IMG/VR virus record: IMGVR_UViG_2568526301_000001 | DNA: 64,000 nucleotides | Origin: an uncultured virus (IMG/VR IMGVR_UViG_2568526301_000001) | Lineage: Duplodnaviria; Heunggongvirae; Uroviricota; Caudoviricetes | Reading direction: 5' to 3' (one strand) | Shown here: positions 44,423 through 53,661 of the stretch, piece by piece | Layout of the letters: the number at the start of each line of letters is the position of its first letter | How positions within the stretch are numbered: position 1 is the stretch's first letter | The notes under the pieces: model-generated | What the model was told of the DNA's origin: nothing | Database searches by the model: none | What the model saw: only the letters and a program-made list of their open reading frames with translations | Translations under genes and position numbers: made by a program

Positions 44423-44557
44423 GGAAACCGCGACGGGGGAGCAATCCCCCGTCAATCGGTTGCCAGGGTATGGTCGAAGTGGCACCCAAATTTAAATTGA
44501 GGCCCACCAGTAAGAGTGGTGGGCTTAACGCTTATTTAAATTTGAAAGGAACTCTTT

Positions 44558-44854
44558 ATGAGTGAAATGGTATTTTGTCGCGGATGCGGCAAGGAAATAC
44601 ATAAAGATGCCACATCCTGCCCCAATTGTGGAGCACCTCAAAGAACAGCAAGTTCAAAAAGCAGAATGACAGCAGCACTACTGGCTTTCTTTTTAGGTGG
44701 TCTTGGTGCACACAAATTTTATTTAGGTAAAGTGGGGCAAGGATTCCTTTACCTTATTTTTTGCTGGACATTCATTCCGGCAATCGTGGCATTTATTGAG
44801 TTTTTTATCTATCTATGCACCTCTGATGAAGACTTTGCCCGCAAATATGGCTAA
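44558..44854 (+). CDS. Zinc-ribbon plus TM2-domain membrane protein
   Basis: CRGCG ... CPNCG; LLAFFLGGLGAHKFYLG; own RBS and terminator ~44880-44914. Confidence 0.85.
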   Translation: MSEMVFCRGCGKEIHKDATSCPNCGAPQRTASSKSRMTAALLAFFLGGLGAHKFYLGKVGQGFLYLIFCWTFIPAIVAFIEFFIYLCTSDEDFARKYG

Positions 44855-45047
44855 TGCCTAGTGGGCGAATCAGAATGACAAACCCGCAGCGTAAAAACTG
44901 CGGGTTTTCTTTTTGTTGCCCTCATAAATGAGGGTTAACACCATTCATAAGTAATAGGCATAACAGATCGATGCAATAAATCCGATCGATAAAAGCGATC
45001 GATTTGTTATCATATCGGCAGCAGTAACCACACAAGAGGTGCCGCAA

Positions 45048-45191
45048 ATGACGCAAAATGTACGATGCAAAAATTGCAACAAACTACTTGCCCGCGCCTC
45101 ATTTCACTACATTGAAATAAAATGTCCGCGCTGCAAAACACTTAACCAGATAACGAGAGCCATCGAGCACCCCACACATGAGGAGTTATGA
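45048..45191 (+). CDS. Com-like zinc-finger regulator (47 aa)
   Basis: Manual translation MTQNVRCKNCNKLLARASFHYIEIKCPRCKTLN...; ATGA overlap with the MTase. Confidence 0.85.
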   Translation: MTQNVRCKNCNKLLARASFHYIEIKCPRCKTLNQITRAIEHPTHEEL

Positions 45192-45994
45192 CCGTGGGGA
45201 TTGCAATCCAGCACCAACCAGCACATACACCGGAACACACTAAGGTTTATCAGACTGACAATGCCACGCTCTGTCGTGGGAATGCGCTGGAAATATTGCC
45301 GCTGATTGAGCCAGAAAGCATTGATGCCTTAATCACTGACCCGCCTTACAGTTCGGGTGCGACACACAAGGCCGGACGTACCAACCAAGGCAGCCATGCA
45401 AAATATCTGAACGGCGAGAACCTTCACCGCTTTGATGGGTTCGCGGGTGAAAACATGGACGCCCGTTCGTGGGCTTACTGGACACAATTATGGATGGCAC
45501 AGGCACACCGCGCAGTCAGGCCGGGCGGTTATGCCCTGGTATTTACTGACTGGCGACAACTACCAGCTTTAACCGATGCGTTTCAGGCCAGCGGCTTTAC
45601 ATGGCGCGGCATCATTGCGTGGAACAAGGGGAGGGGGTCACGAACACCCCATACGGGGTATTTCAGGCATCAGTGCGAATACATCGTCTGGGGCAGCAAA
45701 GGCCATTTAGATAAATCGCCTTCGGGGCCGTTCGACGGCTGCATGACGTACCCGGTTATCCCGTCAAAGAAAATGCACCCGACCGGAAAACCAGAAGAAC
45801 TAATGGCGGAACTGGTCAGGACTGTGAATAGTGGCGGAACAGTCCTTGATCCTTTTATGGGGTCAGGGACAACGGGTGTGGCTGCACTGAAAGCAGGGCG
45901 AAAATTTATTGGTATAGAAACCAGTGATCATTATTTTGAGGTAGCAGCGCAGCGGCTTCGGGGGACTATTACCACAACCATTTCGGCTACATAA
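45188..45994 (+). CDS. N6A/N4C DNA methyltransferase (beta arrangement)
   Basis: DPPY, HPTGKP, DPFMGSGTT motifs. Confidence 0.92.
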   Translation: MTVGIAIQHQPAHTPEHTKVYQTDNATLCRGNALEILPLIEPESIDALITDPPYSSGATHKAGRTNQGSHAKYLNGENLHRFDGFAGENMDARSWAYWTQLWMAQAHRAVRPGGYALVFTDWRQLPALTDAFQASGFTWRGIIAWNKGRGSRTPHTGYFRHQCEYIVWGSKGHLDKSPSGPFDGCMTYPVIPSKKMHPTGKPEELMAELVRTVNSGGTVLDPFMGSGTTGVAALKAGRKFIGIETSDHYFEVAAQRLRGTITTTISAT

Positions 45995-46036
45995 GACAAA
46001 GCCCGCATTTTTTGCGGGCTTGTATATCATTACTGA

Positions 46037-46230
46037 TGTGGACAGTTTGTGGATGTTTATAAGAAATAAGCTAATAGAAACAATTTGTTAGCTTTACAAA
46101 AAACGCGCCCGAAGGTGCGTTGTAAAACCCACTGAATTCAATGTTTTCCCTTTGTTTTCAGTGGGTTTTGTTATTGGTGGGGGTTACTGATTACCCTATA
46201 AAACCCACTTATGTGGATGAAATGTGGATG
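46037..46230. other. attP: Intact attP-like site
   Basis: Two pairs of direct TGTGGA(CA/TG) arm repeats (46037/46048 and 46212/46223) flanking a candidate core near 46095-46127. Confidence 0.75.
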
Positions 46231-47198
46231 CCTCCTTTTAACGGATTAAGTGAAATTGCATCCTGGAGGAAATCAGGAGCGAGGTGTGCATAGGTCATAG
46301 TTTGCTGGATCGTGGCGTGCCCCATAATTCGCTGGAGCGTAAGTATATTTCCTCCATTAATCATAAAGTGAGCTGCAAAGGTATGGCGTAGAACATGTAC
46401 AGCCTGTCCTTTTGGTAGGTCAGGCTTAACACTGCGGAGCACCTTGCGATATTCCTCATAATTGACGTCAAACAAAAGGCCGGATTTCTTTGTTTTGATC
46501 TCGCTAACAACTTCATCAGAGACAGGAATAATTCGAACTTTTCCGTTTTTAGTTTTGTTAAACGTCACGCGGTTATTGATGATGTGTTCCGCGCGCAGAT
46601 TTTTCGCCTCTCCCCATCTCGCACCAGTACTGAGACAAAGTAGCGTAATCCGCCGGGCATCACCGCTTACTGCATCCAGTAATTTGGCGATTTCTTTCGT
46701 GGTGAGATACGTCATTTCGGGTGATTTTCGTTTCAAAGAGGGGAGGGCGCGGAGCGGATTTTCTCCGTGAAATTCCCCAGCATTTGTCAGGAGTGTAAAC
46801 ATTCCTCCGAGATCCGACTCATCACGCCGAACAGTAGACTCTTTTACTCCCAAGGATAAACGGGAGCTTCGATAAGCGGCCATGAAACGAGCATTAATCT
46901 GGCTAACCCTTGGATCATTCATTTCTTTGATGATTTTTTTCAACCTGGTTAGAACGCCGTTAGCATATGGCTTATTGCGTCCACCCAATTCCCACCATAA
47001 CGGAAGCAGATCTGAGAGATGACGTTGTTCTGTTGGCTTTTCAAGCCATTCCTTATCGTGCATGTGGCTGAGAACATAACGCTCAAAGGCCACTGCATCT
47101 GCCTTTTTCTTAAAAATCCGCTGAATCCGACGTCCACTTCGGCCACGCGGTCTAACATCCACTTTATACCGTCCACCATCGAGCGCTTTAATTGCCAT
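46209..47198 (-). CDS. int: P2-like tyrosine integrase
   Basis: TGARWGE, HVLRHTFA, MGH, TMTYAH; 329 aa, apparently intact. Confidence 0.95.
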   Translation of the reverse strand: MAIKALDGGRYKVDVRPRGRSGRRIQRIFKKKADAVAFERYVLSHMHDKEWLEKPTEQRHLSDLLPLWWELGGRNKPYANGVLTRLKKIIKEMNDPRVSQINARFMAAYRSSRLSLGVKESTVRRDESDLGGMFTLLTNAGEFHGENPLRALPSLKRKSPEMTYLTTKEIAKLLDAVSGDARRITLLCLSTGARWGEAKNLRAEHIINNRVTFNKTKNGKVRIIPVSDEVVSEIKTKKSGLLFDVNYEEYRKVLRSVKPDLPKGQAVHVLRHTFAAHFMINGGNILTLQRIMGHATIQQTMTYAHLAPDFLQDAISLNPLKGGIHISST

Positions 47199-47264
47199 TG
47201 GCAAGCCCTCCGGTGAAACGAGGAAAGACATTTCCAGTTTGTAAAACGTAAGAATAATAAAGGG

Positions 47265-47567
47265 TTAACCAATTTTCTTTTCGGATGGGGGTAAGTCCGT
47301 TGGCTCTTGCCCATAGTGTGCGAGAGCCGGAGCTATCTGCCCGGATTCAGGCGCAATTTTTCCAGTCATAAACCACAACGCATATTTCTCAAATCTGGGG
47401 TTGTTTAGTATTTGCTCAATTACTTCAGCATTAGGGATGGTTTTACCGCTTTCATATCTCCACAGAGCATCACGGTTTAAACCAAGCATTTTTGCTGTAT
47501 CCGGGAGGCTAGTAAGTCTCTCGCTTTCACGCATGATTTTTATGCGCTCTCCAATAGTCATACGCAT
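47265..47567 (-). CDS. C: Immunity repressor C (HTH)
   Basis: IGERIK ... YESGKTIP ... FEKYALWFMTG; upstream of int. Confidence 0.88.
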   Translation of the reverse strand: MRMTIGERIKIMRESERLTSLPDTAKMLGLNRDALWRYESGKTIPNAEVIEQILNNPRFEKYALWFMTGKIAPESGQIAPALAHYGQEPTDLPPSEKKIG

Positions 47568-47662
47568 GTTGCAATTCTCCAACGTCTGTATTAATGTTTA
47601 TACAAATGAGTTTGATTTGGGGCATTCGTCGCAAGAAATACCCCAAACAGGGAGATTATCAC

Positions 47663-47989
47663 ATGAATGAAGAACTATTGAGGGCATTGTTTAAGATCCC
47701 AGACCCCATCACCGTTGATGAGTTTTCCCGCCGCACAGGTAAGACCGAATCAGCCGTAAGAAAGTTGGTAGAGCGTCGACTCATCCCTCTAACTACTGAG
47801 CGCGAGGTTTTAGGCGAGGAAGGGAGTTCGCGCCGTCTTCTCATCCTTTGGAATGAGTGGCTCGAAATGGTCTATGACGCAACGAAACAGCTTCCTCCTG
47901 AGCGTAAAGATTGGCGCAACCACTGGCTTAAGAAAGCCAAGAAGCTGGCGGAAGATTTGGGATTAGGCTTTCTTAATTTTGCTGCATGA
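47663..47989 (+). CDS. cox: Cox/Apl-like regulator and excisionase
   Basis: ITVDEFSRRTGKTESAVRKLV wHTH, divergent from C. Confidence 0.85.
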   Translation: MNEELLRALFKIPDPITVDEFSRRTGKTESAVRKLVERRLIPLTTEREVLGEEGSSRRLLILWNEWLEMVYDATKQLPPERKDWRNHWLKKAKKLAEDLGLGFLNFAA

Positions 47990-48007
47990 GATGCAGGGGG
48001 TTTTGAT

Positions 48008-48349
48008 ATGAAACAGCAACGTAATTCACGCTTTCGTAATGGTGCTGAACGCCACGCTAACCGTTTTGCTACCAGTGCATCACGCAGCAACATCCGCTAC
48101 AGCCTGAGTGATACACACGCAACGCCGGATGGCTACCCAGTAAAACAAATCGGCGAGCATGCCTGGCTGATTGAGAAAGCTGGAATTGTGGTCCACAAAT
48201 GCCCACGCAATCCGTTTACCGGAAACCGCATTTTTGCATTGAGCTGCGGCGACAATCAGTTCGGGCAGGATTTCACATTATACGAAGCATTACGCACAGT
48301 TGATCGTCTGCTTCGCGGGCAAAGTTTTATTAAACAGACTGATTTATAA
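48008..48349 (+). CDS. Phage early hypothetical protein
   Basis: 113 aa ORF in early operon with RBS. Confidence 0.75.
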   Translation: MKQQRNSRFRNGAERHANRFATSASRSNIRYSLSDTHATPDGYPVKQIGEHAWLIEKAGIVVHKCPRNPFTGNRIFALSCGDNQFGQDFTLYEALRTVDRLLRGQSFIKQTDL

Positions 48350-48359
48350 CAGGTGCGTT

Positions 48360-48647
48360 ATGACCAAAGAGCATGCACAAGGTGTATTTATCCGTTTTAT
48401 TGATTTTCGCGGTGAACTGTTATTACGTGCATCCGCTATTGATGGAGTGACTCCGGCGGGTAAAAACGGAGCCGACGAAGCCACTTACGTTTATCTGAAT
48501 GGCACGCGACTGCTTGTGGAACTTCCGTACCAGACCGTACGAGAAATTATTAGCGAAGCTGAAAAGGCACGCCAGGTTAATGGCGATGAACCCTATATCG
48601 AAATTATTTGTATGGATTCAGAAACTGAAATTCAGAAAGCAGATTAA
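48360..48647 (+). CDS. Phage early hypothetical protein
   Basis: ATG 48360 after AGGTG RBS. Confidence 0.7.
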   Translation: MTKEHAQGVFIRFIDFRGELLLRASAIDGVTPAGKNGADEATYVYLNGTRLLVELPYQTVREIISEAEKARQVNGDEPYIEIICMDSETEIQKAD

Positions 48648-48658
48648 AGGGCGTTGCG

Positions 48659-48901
48659 ATGGGCAAAGAATATAAAACTCTTATTAACAAAGCACTTGAG
48701 CGTTTTTATTTTCGCTTAAGTGCATCAGGCGCTCATGCTGAACGTGCAGCCCGCGACTCATTGACCAGGGCAATTCGGAGTCTGTATGACGTGGCTTTTT
48801 ACGCTGATGATCTGGATGCACTTAACGAACTTTCCGAGCTGATCTGTGCCGCAGAATGCGGGGAACATATTGAACCGTATAAGCTGGGGAATATTGCATG
48901 A
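48659..48901 (+). CDS. Phage early hypothetical protein
   Basis: 80 aa ORF, tight operon spacing. Confidence 0.7.
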   Translation: MGKEYKTLINKALERFYFRLSASGAHAERAARDSLTRAIRSLYDVAFYADDLDALNELSELICAAECGEHIEPYKLGNIA

Positions 48902-49097
48902 GTATATTTATCTCATGGCTTGTTCTGATTATTTCGGTGGCCTGCGCCATTGGGATTATGCGAATTATTAATTCAGTAAAAAAGATTGAACGCTTTTTCA
49001 CTGGTGAATAACAGCGCAAATAAAACCACAGGTTAAATAAGAAAATGTAAAAACAATCCGCATTCGCGGAGGTATTCGCACACGCCAAGGAGGCGCA

Positions 49098-49301
49098 ATG
49101 GCAATTAAGCATTTTCCCGTCGTTCGTTTCACTTCCAGAGGACGTGAATACGAGGTCGACGAACGCCTGATTACCACAATCGACAAACACCGTTCAGAAC
49201 AGGATGCACATCACATCTATCTCACTGACGGCACTTACTTCTGCGCCACGAATGTGGTGCAGGTGAACCTTATCCGACAGGTACAGGAGTCACGCAGATG
49301 A
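49098..49301 (+). CDS. Phage early hypothetical protein
   Basis: AGGAGG RBS, ATGA overlap with next gene. Confidence 0.7.
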   Translation: MAIKHFPVVRFTSRGREYEVDERLITTIDKHRSEQDAHHIYLTDGTYFCATNVVQVNLIRQVQESRR

Positions 49302-49543
49302 CCATTCTGGATTATATCGCTGCCAATCCGGGGTGTAGCGGTGGAGAAATCGCCGCAGCACTGAATACCCCAACCACAGCCATTAATGCGGAGTTACGCC
49401 GACTCTGGCGCAGCGGTTCAGTCATAAGAAAAGAGCGCAAAACAGGCGGTCGCTTTTCTTACCAGATAAACCCGATGCCGTTCGGGTGCGGCAATCCACT
49501 TACCAACATGTTTAACCAGCTACTGAAGGAAGCCAGAGCATGA
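49298..49543 (+). CDS. Winged-helix DNA-binding protein
   Basis: ILDYIAANPG ... EIAAAL ... LRRL pattern. Confidence 0.75.
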   Translation: MTILDYIAANPGCSGGEIAAALNTPTTAINAELRRLWRSGSVIRKERKTGGRFSYQINPMPFGCGNPLTNMFNQLLKEARA

Positions 49544-49839
49544 GCGCCATCAACCACCAGGGATTACGCGAACTGGCAACTGACCTTCAACGAATGGCAA
49601 CGCATCAAAAATTACTGGCGTTTCGCGCAATGCTCTCGCCGTCTGCTGTGCTGGCAATGCTGGATGAGCTGGAGCACGCCAGAACCACGGCTCCTGCCAT
49701 TCGCCTGACACTCCATCATGAAATTGCTGATTTCTGCGCGACGTTGGAGGCACCAGGCGAACCGGAAACGCCGGAAGCAATACAGCAAGAGCTGCTGCAA
49801 CGCATTGACAAGGTTTTTGATTTTTTTCTGAACCACTAA
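49540..49839 (+). CDS. Ea22-like phage protein
   Basis: SPSAVLAMLDELE motif. Confidence 0.65.
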   Translation: MSAINHQGLRELATDLQRMATHQKLLAFRAMLSPSAVLAMLDELEHARTTAPAIRLTLHHEIADFCATLEAPGEPETPEAIQQELLQRIDKVFDFFLNH

Positions 49840-50022
49840 GAAACCAGAACATGCACACACAAAAAAACCGCTTGCCATGCCGCAATCGGTCAGGTTACAT
49901 TTCCGCTGCACCTCATAAAACGGGTGCCGGGATTCTCAACCCGATACAGAGCAAAGCGCATAACCGCGCCAGCGGTTTTTTTGTGCGTACTGTATTGCCA
50001 CGTCTTTTTCGCGTCAGAATTA

Positions 50023-50100
50023 TGGCGGGGCGTACGGGGCCGACTTCGGTCGGGCCGGATTCTTTGCTCTCCGGTGTTGAGAACCCTGTACGTCTCGCCA
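50023..50100 (+). ncRNA. C4/CI-type antisense RNA (78 nt)
   Basis: Closing stem TGGCGGGGCGTACGGGG / CCCTGTACGTCTCGCCA; loops CTTTGCTC and TTGAGAA complementary to upstream and downstream target pairs. Confidence 0.82.
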
Positions 50101-50161
50101 CCCCGAGATTCTCAACTCTGGATGGTGAGTTATTTCTATCACCGAGCAAAGAGGCCACACC

Positions 50162-50392
50162 ATGGCAAACCGCAAACAGCACCGCGCATACGCTGCGCGT
50201 CGTCACATCCAGACTGAAATCAACCGCAGACTTTCCCGCGCATTCCGCGTCGCTAAAATCATGCACATCAATATGCTGCATGAGCGTAGCTGCGAACTTT
50301 CAAACCTCTATTCATCCGCTGTTTTCAGCTATCTGGCGGATGATCTGCGCGAGCTTCAGCAGCTCTTCCAGCAGCAAAACAAACCCCATTAA
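50162..50392 (+). CDS. Phage hypothetical protein directly behind the C4 target site
   Basis: GAGG RBS overlapping GAGCAAAG target; 76 aa. Confidence 0.7.
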   Translation: MANRKQHRAYAARRHIQTEINRRLSRAFRVAKIMHINMLHERSCELSNLYSSAVFSYLADDLRELQQLFQQQNKPH

Positions 50393-50464
50393 TTCCTGTT
50401 CCGGGCCTTTCCTGCACCTTGCGGCGGGAGGCCTTCGCACATCTGTAGTAAAGAGAATTGCAGC

Positions 50465-50854
50465 ATGATTGACGCTCATGACTTCACAAGATGGGTGCGC
50501 ACACAGGACACCCGTCTGGCTCCCGTTCTTCAGGGATTATTTGATCTTTACATCCGTGGTCGTGACAACAGAGCACGCACTACAAAACCGGAGAATGCGG
50601 ACACCCTTTATTTCACAGTAGACGACTGCTACCGCGTGGACTTCACACCACACGGGCTGGCGTTGCACTGCCTGACACCACACGGCGAATCACTGCTGGC
50701 GTATTACGACTCCCCGGCCTCCGTATTCGCGGCAATGCTGGCGCATCGCACTGCTGGCGGGTGTGCCTCGCTGAGTGAATACACCGCTGAATTTAACCGC
50801 CTTTCCGCCATCTTCTCGCAGGAGTGGCAGCGCGTGACGGGATACCAGCCATGA
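50465..50854 (+). CDS. Phage hypothetical protein
   Basis: 129 aa, ATGA overlap with gene A. Confidence 0.7.
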   Translation: MIDAHDFTRWVRTQDTRLAPVLQGLFDLYIRGRDNRARTTKPENADTLYFTVDDCYRVDFTPHGLALHCLTPHGESLLAYYDSPASVFAAMLAHRTAGGCASLSEYTAEFNRLSAIFSQEWQRVTGYQP

Positions 50855-53616
50855 GCGAGTTTGCATGGAGCTGGAATGAACCACGGCCAGCCATTGATCC
50901 GGCCAGATTTACGGAGCGCAGGCAGGAAACTGAAACCGACCTGCAACGCGCCATCCGTTACTACCTTGAGGCAGACAAAAGGGCACAGGAAGAACAGGAA
51001 GCGAAGGAAGAAGCCTTTTTCGCACAATCCGCCATGGGTAAAAAACTCATGGCATCCCTTGAGGAAGCCGGACAGCGTGAAAAGCTGACACAGAGCATCA
51101 TCAGTAAGCGCCGGGCAACAGAACAAGACCCAGTAGCCCGTGCCTTTGCCACACTAAAGGCACTACCTGTTTATCTGCGTGAACCACTGAGCCGCCACCT
51201 CTCTTTCCTGCGCAAAAAACAGGAAGCCGATCGCCAGAAAGGCAAAAAGAGCTGGCAGGCTGAACGCTACGTGCGCGGAACCCTGCGCAAAATATTCGAA
51301 CGTCTGGAGCGCACCGACAGCCGCTGGCTGACACCGGGTTATCGCGCCCTTGCCGGACGCGAACGCCTGGACGATTTGCTTTACCTGCCGCAGCTTAACA
51401 AGCGCCAGATACAGACGCTGGCCACCATGACGGCGGCAATGTTCAGCAGCACCTTCGAAAAACTCTGCGACGGCTTTGGCGCGACCGATGGCGAGCTGAC
51501 CATGGATGTAACCCTGAAGGCGTATCAGATGCTGGCCCGCATGGCGTTACACCTGCACGCCATGCCTCCGCATTATGACGTACTGACAACAGACAAAGAC
51601 CGGAGGAACGAACCGGACACAGAGCTGCTGCCGGGTGCAATCCTTCGCCTGACCTGTGCGGACTGGTGGAAGCGCAAACTGTGGCTGTTACGTTGCGAGT
51701 GGCGGGAAGAACAACTCCGCGCCGCCTGTCTGGTTTCCAGAAAAACATCACCCTATCTGAGCCAGGACGCGTTAAGCGAGTTTCGCGCACAGCGCGAGAA
51801 AACACGCGATTTCCTGAAAAGTTTCATGCTGGAAAACGAAGACGGGTTCACGATTGATCTCGAGACGGTGTATTACGCGGGAGTAAGTAACCCGGTTCAC
51901 CGTAAGGCAGAAATGATGGCCACCATGAAGGGACTGGAACTTCTGGCCGAAGCCCGTGGCGACAAAGCGGTGTTTCTGACTGTCACCTGCCCGTCAAAAT
52001 ACCACGCCACAACAGAGAACGGTCATCCGAATCCCAAATGGAACGGGGCCACCATGCGCGACTCCAGCGATTACCTGGTTAACACGTTTTTTGCGGCTGT
52101 CCGCAAAAAACTGAACCGCGACGGTCTGCGCTGGTATGGCATCCGCACGGTGGAGCCTCACCATGACGGCACCGTGCACTGGCATATGATGGTCTTTGCT
52201 CATCCGGAAGAAATCGACACCATTGTGTCCCACACCCGCGATATTGCCATTCAGGAAGACCGCCACGAGCTGGGCGATGACATAACTCCGCGCTTTAAGG
52301 CGGAGTACGTCGACGGCTCAAAAGGCACACCAACCAGCTACATCGCCACCTACATCGGAAAGAACCTGGACAGCCACGCCGTGGATGGCATCGACCCGAA
52401 AACGGGCAAGCCACGCGTTGACCACGAAACCGGAAAATCAATGGCCGAGAGCGTGGAGCGCGCCATCGGCTGGGCGCGCCTTCACCGGGTCCGCCAGTTC
52501 CAGTTCTTTGGCATCCCCTCCCGTCAGGTGTGGCGTGAACTGCGCCGCCTTGCCAGCCAGATGGCACGCAACCCGGAAGGCCCGCAACGACTGAAGGACG
52601 ACGCAATGGATGCGGTACTCGCTGCCGCTGATGCCGGGTGTTTTGCCTCCTACATTGAAAAACAGGGTGGCGTACTTGTTCCACGTAAAGACTACCTGAT
52701 TCGCACCGCCTACGACCTCGCCGATGAGCTGAACGATTACGGCGAACAGAGCGTACAGATTTACGGGATCTGGTCACCACTCATCGGGGAATCCTCCCGT
52801 GTGTGCACGCATCCGGATAACTGGAAGCTGGTAAGACGTAAACCGGAAGCGGAAGACAGCGCCCGCGAAAATGGTTTTGACCTTCAGGGCGGCCCTGCCG
52901 CCCCTTGGACTCGTGGCAATAACTGTCCCCGTGTACAGGAAACGGACAACAACGGGACAGAACAGCCGGAGGAACGGCCAGCACCGTGGCCGCAGCTTCC
53001 TGAAGGCGTTGACGTGAATGAATGGATGCGCTCACTGAAACGGCACGAACGCCGGGCACTGATGCGTTCGCTGCGTGACAAACAGGCAAAAAACAGCAGT
53101 GATGAAATGCAGAACTGGACACAGAGCCGCAAACAGCCACAGCCTTTGCCTGATAACCACGAGTTACTCGCTAAAGAATGGCGGGAGTCTGCTGAATCTC
53201 TCGGCCTGCATATCGGTGAACAGCAGATGCAGCACCTGTTACGGGGCGGCAGTCTGTACGTTGGCGGCAGCATCATTACACCGCAGGGATTTGAAATTGT
53301 ACGCAAACCGGATACCCGCCCGGACAGCCGAATCACGCAGCTCTGGCAACGCCTGAGTCGTAATCACGGCGTAAGCAGCACGGAGATCCGCCATAACCCG
53401 GTCGCCAGCTATCTGGAACAACTAGAGGCATCAGACCCTGAAGCCGCCGCACGCCTGGCATCCACACTTCAGCAAGACCAGAACACCATGAAAACACCAG
53501 TTACCGTACTTTCTGACATGCTGCGCGCCATCCGCGACGCAGAGCACGCACAGAGAATCAATGAAACCACTAAACATGCTCGCAAAAAAATCAGTTTATT
53601 GCATCGAACACGATAG
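50851..53616 (+). CDS. A: Rolling-circle replication endonuclease gpA
   Basis: TCPSKYH, EPHHDGTVHWH (HUH), YIATYIGKN, RQFQFFG. Confidence 0.95.
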   Translation: MSEFAWSWNEPRPAIDPARFTERRQETETDLQRAIRYYLEADKRAQEEQEAKEEAFFAQSAMGKKLMASLEEAGQREKLTQSIISKRRATEQDPVARAFATLKALPVYLREPLSRHLSFLRKKQEADRQKGKKSWQAERYVRGTLRKIFERLERTDSRWLTPGYRALAGRERLDDLLYLPQLNKRQIQTLATMTAAMFSSTFEKLCDGFGATDGELTMDVTLKAYQMLARMALHLHAMPPHYDVLTTDKDRRNEPDTELLPGAILRLTCADWWKRKLWLLRCEWREEQLRAACLVSRKTSPYLSQDALSEFRAQREKTRDFLKSFMLENEDGFTIDLETVYYAGVSNPVHRKAEMMATMKGLELLAEARGDKAVFLTVTCPSKYHATTENGHPNPKWNGATMRDSSDYLVNTFFAAVRKKLNRDGLRWYGIRTVEPHHDGTVHWHMMVFAHPEEIDTIVSHTRDIAIQEDRHELGDDITPRFKAEYVDGSKGTPTSYIATYIGKNLDSHAVDGIDPKTGKPRVDHETGKSMAESVERAIGWARLHRVRQFQFFGIPSRQVWRELRRLASQMARNPEGPQRLKDDAMDAVLAAADAGCFASYIEKQGGVLVPRKDYLIRTAYDLADELNDYGEQSVQIYGIWSPLIGESSRVCTHPDNWKLVRRKPEAEDSARENGFDLQGGPAAPWTRGNNCPRVQETDNNGTEQPEERPAPWPQLPEGVDVNEWMRSLKRHERRALMRSLRDKQAKNSSDEMQNWTQSRKQPQPLPDNHELLAKEWRESAESLGLHIGEQQMQHLLRGGSLYVGGSIITPQGFEIVRKPDTRPDSRITQLWQRLSRNHGVSSTEIRHNPVASYLEQLEASDPEAAARLASTLQQDQNTMKTPVTVLSDMLRAIRDAEHAQRINETTKHARKKISLLHRTR
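52900..52926 (+). promoter_or_regulatory. P2-like replication origin inside gene A
   Basis: GCCCCTTGGACTCGTGGCAATAACTGT resembles P2 ori; encodes PWTRGNNC. Confidence 0.7.
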
Positions 53617-53661
53617 AAATATAGAGCTAAGGCCGCCCTAGGAATAAGGAGGCCTTGAAAA

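Noticed and set aside
49851..50468. 205-aa ORF (Ash-like) spanning the C4 region
   Set aside because: Overlaps the structured RNA and the better-supported ORF at 50162; translation possible but not supportable from sequence alone
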